DNA of 64,000 nucleotides from Octopus sinensis (taxonomy: Eukaryota). The notes below the pieces were generated by a model, which was not told where the DNA came from, did not search any database, and saw only the letters and a program-made list of their open reading frames with translations. Below are positions 53,633-64,000 of the stretch, one piece after another; the stretch's first letter is position 1; each line of letters begins with the position of its first letter. The position numbers and the translations under genes are program-made. The stretch spans positions 39,928,001-39,992,000 of the forward strand of contig NC_043003.1 in the NCBI RefSeq assembly GCF_006345805.1, written 5' to 3'.

Positions 53633-54348
53633 AAAAAAAAAGGCTCATAAAATAACAGGGTCTTAGATACCTTAGCCATGGCTGGTACGTCTCAGTCTGT
53701 AAATCAACAGAATTTGGTTCGACCGAAGCTAAATTACAACTCCAATAACATTTATAACAACTACACAAACATCAAGCAATTACAAAAACATCGACGAATT
53801 AGTGGTACTGGTGGTTGGGGCGGAATTCTACAGGCTTCGTGATGTATTCTTCACCATAAAATCTAGACAAATATGGTGAATATATGTGAATCTAGAGACA
53901 CATGTATATTGTATTATATTAACATACTGGAGTTCACATTTTAAAATTTGAATGTCAGCTAATTTTCAAGGGTTTTGGCATTTGACAGAAAAACATACAA
54001 TAAAAATAAAATTAAATCAATAAGAATTTATTTTTACTAATTCTACAAATATTTAACCAGTTTAAATATATAATGCCAAAAATGGTAAATTTTCCTATTT
54101 AAGGTTCAACTATAATCTGACATATCGAACTTGATATCATTGATGTAATATATATGTATTTACTTAAAATGTTACCCAAAGCAAATTTTGATCAGTTTAA
54201 ATATCAGGTTAAATAACATAGTACTTGTGAAGTTTTATAAATACTACATAAAACATCTTAAAAAATGTGGAGTCAACTTTATACATTTTGGTATTAAACT
54301 TTTCAATCATAAAACTATGTTATCAACCAATAAACTTTCGCGATAGAC

Positions 54349-56430
54349 TTACATATCATTTTCTAATATGCGATGTACTTCAATGTTTGTAGTGAAAGTC
54401 ATTCCACGTCTCTTGCTTTGTCATCTCCTTTGAGCGTCATCGCCATTTCTTCGACAGGTTACAGTGTTCGTGTCTTTGAGAAAATCTCATACTGTTAGTT
54501 GCTAACTCAGAGCCGGTTGCAGTAAAATTAGGGTTAGGGTTTTAAACGTTTGCCCCTGGGCTTCATTTGTTCATCGTAGAATAAGAGAGTCGCAGTTGAT
54601 ACTGGATCCTTTGTAACGCAAAGGGAATGTCAGTATCACTGAGATTTCATCTAATTTTAAGGGCGAACACTCTAGAGCTTGTAGGTGAACCATCTATCAA
54701 TGACGCTTCCAGACTATTTTCATGTAACCGGAATGTCTTCGTAGGTGTTCTATTACTCACTCCTTGACTAGTAGAGATTACAAAATAGCATGACGATGGC
54801 GTCATGTATTTAGTTTAGATGATGGAAAAATATGTCAAGCGGGTGTAAGTGGTGGGGGACATGGGTTTCATTGTTGCAAGAAAAAGAATCGATGCCTAGA
54901 TGTGTTTTGTGTTTTGATGGAAGTCTATTTAAATCTTCGTTTAAAGTAGGTCACTTGGCATCTTTAGGGAATAAAGTCACTCTTAGCTCCATTTCCTGCG
55001 ATTTCAGTAACCAATGGCTCATTTCAATAACATACGGCAGGAATATTAATTACATCAGCTCAACATCATTTAGAGTGCTGGGAGACGCTACCACTTCCAA
55101 GTTGAAGTCGTTTAGAAAACTTTTGTTCGTTCATATTTGCTTTTATATTCTGAGTTAGCTTAAGTTGTTAAAAATGATATCACACATGAAACCATTTGCT
55201 GTCTGTATTTACTTCAGCAGCTGGAGTAACCAGAGGATCAACGAGGAGAATTTAATTGACACCATTCTTCCAAAAGGATAATATTAGCACCGAATACAGA
55301 TTCACTTTCCATTATGTCTTGTAAGCAATTATCAATTACAAGGCAACAAAGTACGATCTTATTGATGTTTCATTAACGATTAACATTTTTTTACTGCTCT
55401 TAGGTTATTAGCTCGTTCAGAGGAAGATGCAACATTACAAACACTTTTTGTCGTAGATACTGTGATAAGTGATAAAAGTGTTGTGGCCCTGCCAATCCAT
55501 GCATTGTAGATGTAGTAGTGTTACCTGCTGCAAAATGGAAGTGCAATATGTTGAGTAGTTACGTTTTTCTTGGTATATTCGATGCATCTGAATAAAAGCA
55601 TCTTTTATGATTTTAGATCTCCACCAATATCATCTCTTGCTAAATTATCCATATGAACGTTATTTAATTGACTTTTATTGTTACTGGCGAAATTAAGGTG
55701 GCACCCTTCTACTTTGACGTATGTACCAACAGCATGTTATTAAAATAATTTCCCTGATCGGTGAATGGGATTAAAATAGCTCCTTATTGCCAAACGGTAA
55801 TTGCAATAATTTTGCATCGTAATTTGGACATGCTTTATGCGAATGTGTTTAGTCTTGTTCTCCATTTGTTAATAGTAATGGATTACCTGTGGCGCGATAT
55901 ATAATAGTCTCTTTTTTTTATAAAGAACTATATTTTGAAGTACTAGGGGTGTATAAGATTCACCAATAAATATTGCGACCAAATCTTTGCTTGCAGAATA
56001 GTTCTACCTTCTTTAATGAAGAACCGCAACAAATTGCATAGCATTTTTTCCAGGTTGCCTATTTTCTTCCACTTACAATTCTGTTGTTTTCATATTTTCT
56101 CACACTGTTGCTTAGAGTTTGTTTTCTACCACAGAAGGTTTTTCAACTACTGGCATTAAATAATGTTTGTTTCTGAGGCGCAGCAACAGGTGGCTACATT
56201 GCTTCATATACTTTAACAAAATAGAATTATCCATAACTCTTTTTGTCGTCAACTCCTGGTTATGTTCTAACATGATGATAAACGTGACGTAATAAGCAGA
56301 ACGAATAGGCACCGACGCTGGTGACTGCATATTAACCCTAAATAAAACGAATAAAAAATGCAGAATTGCAGTTTCGAATGCATTGCTTGAAGTGGGTCTC
56401 TTAGCAACCATACATCAAAATATTGGCCCT
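54349..56430 (-). pseudogene. Ancient Helitron RepHel relic with the Rep catalytic region deleted
   Basis: Ordered motif remnants on the minus strand: CIRNCNSAF (56359-56382), DLVAIFIGE, RLAIRSYFNPIHRSGKLF (55743-55796), KRCFYSDASNIPRKT (Walker A-like), AWIGRATTLL, MLIVNETSI, IDNCLQDIMESESVFGANIILL, LKLTQNIKA, SDTDIPFALQRIQYQLRLSYSTMNK, TNIEVHRIL. Confidence 0.85.
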
Positions 56431-57024
56431 TTTCTCAAAGTGTCGGTCGCTCTCTGACAAATTTGTGGTTGAGCCTGTGGCAGTGGAAACATCCGACGTT
56501 CTTAGCCTTCGGACTACACTGCTCACTATCCGCAAGTACGAGCTCCGTGAGTCGGAATTACTGTTCCAGCGCATCTTCTTCACCATCGTCTGGGGCAATG
56601 CCTTTTCCATTGTGTCCGCCGAGACCATGAGACAAACTTGACAAATTCCTTTAGTTAGATTACTTATAATACGTCAAATAATCGCTTGAACTGAGCAGGA
56701 TGTTCTTGGAAGTCTAATTTTGATAGCTCTGCCATACTGACAAATTCAATGATACGTTTTCCACTCGTAAGGCTCCACAGTATTGAAGTACAATGTTTAT
56801 CCACTATTAAAGTCTCGAATTATATCATTATCAGAAATTTGGAATTGTCATTGTCTTCTTTGAGACACATTTTCATATTTTTCCCTTCGCTCATTTTCTC
56901 CCTTTTTCATGTTCTGAATGTAATGTTCTCTTTTATTATTCATATTCTCCCTCTCCACCTCTCCCTATCTCTCTGTATCTCTGTCTCTTTATCGCTTTCT
57001 CTCTCTCAGTATCTCTCTCCCTCC

Positions 57025-57065
<41 letters not shown>

Positions 57066-57510
57066 CTCTGACTCTCTTGTTACGAATTTACGAAAAGTAA
57101 TCTTCTAATGGTGCTGTTCTCCGTGTCTCCTAATTCTGAAGATAATCTCTTTCGTTTTCTTTCTTATTTATTTTTCACTCTTATTCTCACGTTTTTCAAG
57201 ATTTCATTTCTTCTTTGCTTGTCCATATGACCTTAGTGCGTCGTATCAATTTTCTCTTCTATTTCGGAGAACATTATTATTAATGCTGTTAGGCAAGTTA
57301 TGATGTATCTTTTCTGTTCTGCAACACATGCCCCACCTCGATATATGACTTAAATGCACTCAGGCTTCTTATATACTGTGTCTGTTGCAGTTTCGAATTT
57401 CATGACACTCCTCTTCTCATAAACGTTCACGCCGTCCTCTCAGACGTTCTCGCGCACTGAAGCACTATCTTAATTACTTCTATGTTGGCTTTCCATTCAA
57501 CAGAAATGTA

Positions 57511-58103
57511 AATGAATAAAATATATTTTTTTCCAAGGGGAACAATTTCTGTCAGTCGGATTCACATATCGGAGGGAAAAGCGATTTAATTCAACATATA
57601 GCGAACGTACAATATGGGATTTAAGCGATAAACAATATTTAAAAAAATGAAATATCATTAATCCTTATTATTGATGAACAAATAAAATTAAGAGGGGCAC
57701 AATAATCCCAGTGACATTAGAAGACATTCATGTGAAAAGCATTCTTTGGTCTGTTTGTATGTAATTGCAAAAGAGAGACAATTATAGAATATTGTATTGT
57801 ATGCAAAAATGAATAAAATATATATTTTTCAAGGGGAACAATTTCTGTCAGTTGGATTCACATATCGGAGGGAAAAGCGATTTAATTCATCATATAGCGA
57901 ACGTACAATATGGGATTTAAGCGATAAACAATATTCAAAAAAATGAAATATCGTTAATCCTTATTATTGATGAACACATGAAATTAAGAGGGGCACAATA
58001 ATCCCAGTGACATTAGAAGGCATTCATGTGAAAAGCATTCTTTGGTCTGTTTGTAAGTAATTGCAAAAGAGAGACAAATATAGAATATTGTATTGTATGC
58101 AAA
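57511..58103. repeat. Tandem duplication, unit about 297 bp
   Basis: 57511-57807 matches 57808-58103 with scattered substitutions. Confidence 0.9.
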
Positions 58104-58193
58104 TTATGATGCTAAATGCGGATCACCACAGTCTCATACGTACGTCGTTCATAGGAACGTATGCATAGAATCAAATATTAAACTTCAACACGC

Positions 58194-58224
<31 letters not shown>

Positions 58225-58665
58225 AATATACATATATAAATTCGTAGTACGGATGCAGAGAATCCTGTGGTTATCACAGGAAGCTCCTCTAGCAAACTAA
58301 ATGACAACATTTTTTATGGTTTAAATATATATATAAAGAGAAGATTGCATTGTTTATACCATTTATTCTTTTGAATAGTATCAGTGGAATTTTCGAAATA
58401 TGTGTCGAAAGTAAAAATATTTGATTTACACCTGCGTAAAACTCCATTTATTTATTCACATATATGTATATATATAAGTGGATGAATGAATTATCCTTTG
58501 TTTCCAGTTAACACGGAACATTCAATAAACAGTAACCAGGGTAGCAAAATTCACGCAAGTAACAAGGATGTAGCGACCTATTCAAAGGTAGAAACTCTGG
58601 GTTAATGTGCAGTAATTTGTATAGTATAAGTAAATAAATGGAGTTGAATACAGGTGTTATTCAAA

Positions 58666-58766
58666 TTCTTTTACTTTCGACGTATGTTTCGAAGACAACA
58701 TTGGTTTTATTCCAAAGGAATAAACGGTGTAAAATAATGTAATCTTCTCATCAGGAAAGAAAGAAC
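58666..58766 (-). ncRNA. Type I hammerhead ribozyme, fully canonical core
   Basis: Minus strand: CTTTC-CTGATGA-GAAGATTACATT...AATGTTGTCTTC-GAAAC-atac-GTC-GAAAG; G10.1:C11.1 pair intact; predicted cleavage between 58679 and 58678. Confidence 0.82.
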
Positions 58767-58994
58767 CTATCTCAATAACAAGACATTTTTTTCCAAGCCT
58801 TTGAACATTTTTTTCAACCAATATATCCCTCTTTATTTGTTCTCTACTTATTATTTCTTTACCCCTTCTCTTTCTATGGTCTGCCTTTGACGTCGGATCT
58901 ACTAACAGTTTTTTTTTAATACTTAATAGCGTTCTGTTTATCATTTATGCAGTCATCAAAATTGTTATAATGTCTTGTTGTTGAGATAGGTTCA

Positions 58995-59089
58995 CTTTCT
59001 TTCCTGACGAGATTACATTATTTTACACTGTTTATTCCTTTGGAATAAAACTAATGTTGTCTTCGAAACATATGTCGAAAGTAAAAGAA
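58995..59089 (+). ncRNA. Type I hammerhead, canonical CUGACGA/GAAA/GUC but 3-nt deletion at the base of stem II
   Basis: CTTTC-CTGACGA-GATTACATT...AATGTTGTCTTC-GAAAC-atat-GTC-GAAAG. Confidence 0.7.
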
Positions 59090-59814
59090 TTTGAATAACA
59101 CCTGTGTTCAACTCCATTTATATACTGATATATATATAGCAAAACAAAGTGGTGTTAATCAGGGATATTAATCTAAGCGAAATACTTCTTAAGCTCTCTG
59201 CAGATGAAAATACGTCAGGCTGAGAAAAAAAGGTCTTGTGATTGGTATAGTACTCCAGGTAATCTGAAATCGAATTTGCATATATATGTTTCATTACCCT
59301 GTTAAGATGCTATGTTTTTACAAAGTGATGCAGGAAATGGACAGAAATAATGGGTTTTATACATTTATTCATTTATTTAATTATTATTAATTTGGTTACG
59401 TTGTTCTTGTTCTTGAATAGCATTTTTCTTTAGACATCTCTTTAATTTTGGTGTCTATTTTCAAACCCTGACACCCAATAGGGGTGATGTTATATATTCG
59501 GTTGAGTCAGTTAAACTTCAATTCTTCTTTGTTTTAGTCTTTTAGTTCACATTTGACAAACGTCTAATTTGTTGAAGATAATTTTGGCTAATTGGGTTAA
59601 TTAATTTAAACTCAGTTCTTATAAAATTGTTTAATAGCTACGGAGAATAGTTTAATTAAATTACTTTTTAAAAAATTCAGTTCCAATAAGGGAGAAAAGG
59701 ATTAAAACAAAGCTAAGGTGAGAGTAAAATTACTTAAAACAGAACTTAAGTATCATTCTGTAAATATGTCCGCCATATAAGTTCAAAAAAAAAAAGGATC
59801 TTTTTCAGTCATAA

Positions 59815-60095
59815 ACAATCATGGGGTTGCACTTAGAGGGTTCCTCTCTGAGGCACAGATCTGAATCAGGTTGTTTACGGAAGACCAGCAGTCGTCCATT
59901 CATACCAGTCTCCCCTCTCTGCACCACCGATGTTATCTAAGGTAAAGGCCGATACAGCTTGGCAACTCATTTCTCGTACAGCTATGTGAACTGGAGCAAA
60001 GTGAAATAAAGTGTCTTGCTCAAGATCACAACACAACACAACACACAACTCGGTCCGGGAATCGAACTCACTACCTCTAACCACTGAGCCGTGCG
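59815..60095 (-). mobile_element. SINE family D, diverged
   Basis: Reverse-complement homology to 47208-47540. Confidence 0.75.
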
Positions 60096-60591
60096 TCTTC
60101 ACATATAAGTATAGCTTGTATGAATACTTCAAATGAAAATATACTACATACGTATATTGTTGAAATAGATTTTTGATAATTTCCACTGCTCAGTGGAGTC
60201 AGAAAATGTACTTCGTTCAATGGCTTTGTTGCTAGAGTCCCACCAAGGTCGCTTTCCTCGACTAAAGCGTCGTAGATGGATACGTTGTTATAAACAAGTG
60301 CATTAATATATGTATAATACAAACAACAAGCCTCAAATCTTAGGGGTAAATTACAGTCCATTATATTTATCCCAGGAAGATGAAAGGATAAGTCGACCTT
60401 AATTAAGTTAATGTAATACAGTACTTAACTAAGTCATATGTAATGCTTATTTATTCACAGGGCTTTGAATTAATCATGCATTATCGTGTAATTTTGAGAT
60501 CTCAATGATGCAATTGTTTATTTTCAGAATGACATTGTAGTGTATGAGTGAGAGGCCAAACCAGGCTAGTTGGAACATAAAACAATGTTTT

Positions 60592-60650
<59 letters not shown>

Positions 60651-61412
60651 TGTCTCTCTGTTTGACCCCATCATCGCTTGACAATCGATGTTGCTTTGCC
60701 TGCGTCCCCGTAATTTAGCAGTTTGTCAAAATACGTGCGATGCTAAGAGCACAAATATATACTGTATCAGACAAGAACCGCCTGGAATGTGTGCCAGAAG
60801 TGCCAGGTCACATAATTTCAGCGTACTGCGTTTCTTCCGTGACAGGTGTCCGCTTGTCTCAGTCAAGCCAAATCCCGCTGTTAACGGTTTATAGACTAAC
60901 GGTGATTTTTCACAGCGCTCTTAACACAGTGCGTCTGTAGAAGAAAACCTCTCAAGGCGTATACCGCAGTATAGGGCATTCTAATAATACGCTCACGTTA
61001 AGAAGGATGGAAAGAACGCTATTCGTTTAACTTTAAGATTTACGGTACATTGGAATCTGTTAGGAGGCCTATGGCATACAGGAACAACAAGGTTGGGAAA
61101 CCTTCTGATAATATAAACCTTTCCATAGCTTTATGTAAATATCTGGAAGGTTCATATTACAGGGCTTTGATGAAGTTCTTTATAGACCCCTCTCTATGCA
61201 TACATGCGTGTGTATGCATACATGCGTGTGTATGCACACATACAGACACACACTCAAACAGTTACTTAAACAAAATAGTAAACCTTGTTTTCAGTTGATT
61301 TGTAGTTCGAAAAACAGAGAAAATGTACACAATACACATTGTAAATTATAATTATTGTATGCAGCTAATTACTTCTGTCTCTTTGTCTCACTCTCTTCCT
61401 CACCCACTCACT

Positions 61413-61480
<68 letters not shown>

Positions 61481-61503
61481 ACATACATGCATACATACAT
61501 ACA

Positions 61504-61568
<65 letters not shown>

Positions 61569-61589
61569 TATATATACATATACACATAG

Positions 61590-61673
<84 letters not shown>

Positions 61674-62271
61674 TAATGCTTTTCTTTTTACTGTAGCGTC
61701 AGGTTGACCAACGCCTTGCGAGTGGAATTTGTTAGACGGGAACTGCGGAACTTCGTCGCCAACATACTTTCACTCACACACACGAACGCACGCATGCGCG
61801 CGCACACACACAACACACGCACAAACACGTATGTATGTATGTATGTATTCAGTTATGTGTGTGTGAGTGAAATACTTCTGAAATATGTACCAGAATGTAA
61901 ACCAAGATGGTATACTCTGAGACTGAAGATGGAATCAAAGATTTCTTGATAAGGAATCAGAACTGCTGGAATGACATTTTGTGTATTTGTACAAGAGTGT
62001 GGCATTTGTATACCTTAACACACATGCATACACACGCACATACACACATATTCATACAAAAACACTACGTGTACACACATACACACACATCCGCGCTCGC
62101 ATCCTCACACACATATACAAGTCGAGATAAGCGCACATATGTCTATGTGTGTGTGTGTGGCTGTGTATATGGGGAAAGAGAGAGAGGGCGAACGAGAGCT
62201 AAATAGACAGACTGACAAACTGACAGACAGACGGACAGATAAACAGACAGACAGACAGACAGACAACAGAC

Positions 62272-62348
<77 letters not shown>

Positions 62349-62633
62349 CTTGTATGTATACACACAAACACACCTACACACGCACGCCCACACGCGTGCA
62401 CAAGCAGACAGACAGACAGGCAGACACACACACACACGCACACACACACACACACACCAATACATACATGCATACAGGTAGACAGACCCGCATTCTCATT
62501 TATCTTGTTCACTTATTCTTTTAAGACTTTCAGATTTGTTTCAATCCCTACCAATTCCTACCCACTTTTCACACTCACATGCGCGCGCACACACGTAAAC
62601 ACACACAAACTCATACGCACATGTTTGCTTACA

Positions 62634-62664
<31 letters not shown>

Positions 62665-63049
62665 TTATGTATACACGTACACGCACACATTCTCATTGAC
62701 TCACGAACGGCAGACACAAACACAGAAATTTTTTGTAAAAAGAAGTTTAAAAAATACAGACACAGCCGGGGTGGTAGTCGTGGAGGTGGTGGTGGTGGTG
62801 GTGGTGGGTATCTTAGTGACATACAGACAGATACAGAGTAAACCTCCTATCGCTACCCGCCCCCATACCGACATATAGTTCATTAACTATAAAAACATTT
62901 CATATATTAAACTATCTTATCGTCTGCATTTCACCTGCCCGCACACAGCTCTATATCAATCTACACCTACCCGCACTGTCCTCTGCATCTAGCATTTCCC
63001 TATATTTGCCCACTCCTACACACACTTTTTACTGTATCTAGCATATACA

Positions 63050-63212
63050 ATCCACATATAACGCCGTGGTAAGATGCTTGCTTCCCATCCACATGGGTCC
63101 GGATTCAGTCCCACTGTGTGACATCTTGTACAAGTGTCTTCTACTAAAGCCCCTCGGGTCAAGCAAAGCCTTGTGAGTGAATTTGGCAGACCGAAAATTA
63201 AGGAAGCTCGTA

Positions 63213-63254
<42 letters not shown>

Positions 63255-63840
63255 TTTACTCTGTACGTTGTTTGTTCGTTCGAAGCCCTAATCTCCACAA
63301 ATTTTACATTTTAAAAATTTCTGGATGCTGCTGTCTTATGAAACTTTCCTATCTTGTTGAAAGCACGCACGAAATAAGGAGTAGTAAAACAATCGAAAAC
63401 TGACGAGGAGTTATCTTCATTTGGTATTTTGTTCTGTACTTATCTCTCGTATGTTTACGTATTTTTCACTCGTTGGTGATGTCCTGGACTCAATGCATAT
63501 ATATATATTTATGTGTGTGTGTAGTATTATGTATTATGTACGTATGTATGTATGTATGTATGTATGTATGTATGTATGTATATATGTGTGTGTGTGTGTG
63601 TGTGTATTTATGTATGTATGCATGTATATGTTTGTGTGTCTGTGTTTGTCCCACTCCACCGTCGCACGACAACCGATGTCGATGTGTTTACGTCCCCGTA
63701 ACGTAGCGGCTCGGGAAAAGAAATTGATAGAATAAGTACTAGGCTTACAACGAATAAGTTTTGGAATCGATTTGTTCGACTAAAGGCGGTGCTCCAGCAT
63801 GGCCATAGTCAAATGACTGACACAAGAAAAAGAATAAACT
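63050..63840 (+). mobile_element. SINE family A split at its internal microsatellite by a pLTR-like insert (about 63320-63500)
   Basis: Head 63050-63210; tail 63600-63840; the insert resembles the 8060-8260 family and ends in ATATAT. Confidence 0.7.
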
Positions 63841-63843
63841 AAT

Positions 63844-63971
<128 letters not shown>

Positions 63972-64000
63972 GTGTGTGCGCGCGCTCACCACCACTTGAC

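Larger units (their letters stand above)
58335..59130. mobile_element. PLE remnant: three pLTR copies (+, -, +) around a minus-strand endonuclease C-terminal remnant
   Basis: 58625-58790 is the reverse complement of 58970-59125; 58338-58450 is an older copy; the minus-strand ORF contains REQIKRDILVEK running into the pLTR. Confidence 0.7.

Noticed and set aside
54528-54539. Interstitial telomeric repeat (TTAGGG)2
   Set aside because: Only two units, inside the Helitron relic; consistent with chance or a 6-bp duplication.
56401-56641. Host exon suggested by overlapping 72-75 aa ORFs
   Set aside because: No recognisable domain or splice sites. The minus-strand ORF is in frame with the Helitron relic and may be its decayed N-terminal part.

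Overview
AT-rich, microsatellite-saturated eukaryotic non-coding DNA with a 100-N scaffold gap at 38442-38541. The repeat families and simple-repeat density look like an octopus (coleoid cephalopod) genome; this is inference from recall and is not verified. I found no intact host protein-coding gene, rRNA, true tRNA or CRISPR array, and most ORF-track entries are translations of microsatellites. The window is a transposon graveyard. It holds four tRNA-headed SINE families, a full-length but dead mariner (52093-53368), Tc1 fragments, Tc1-type and hAT MITEs, a CR1-group LINE 3' end, an RTE-like 5' end, a young internally deleted Helitron in two copies (22783-24766), and an old Helitron RepHel relic (54349-56430, minus) that the ORF track does not show. 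The most notable theme is Penelope-like retroelement (PLE) debris: GIY-YIG fragments at 10.9, 25.2-26.0, 45.3 and 58.8 kb, and about a dozen hammerhead-ribozyme motifs. Two motifs keep a canonical catalytic core in a well-formed fold (18459-18537 +, 58666-58766 -). One recurrent family carries a non-canonical CUGUNGA core, and one unit couples a tRNA-like Pol III head to a hammerhead tail. These elements repeatedly end at (TA)n tracts and often sit as tail-out inverted pairs. Repeat boundaries are read by eye and are approximate unless a TIR or TSD is given.
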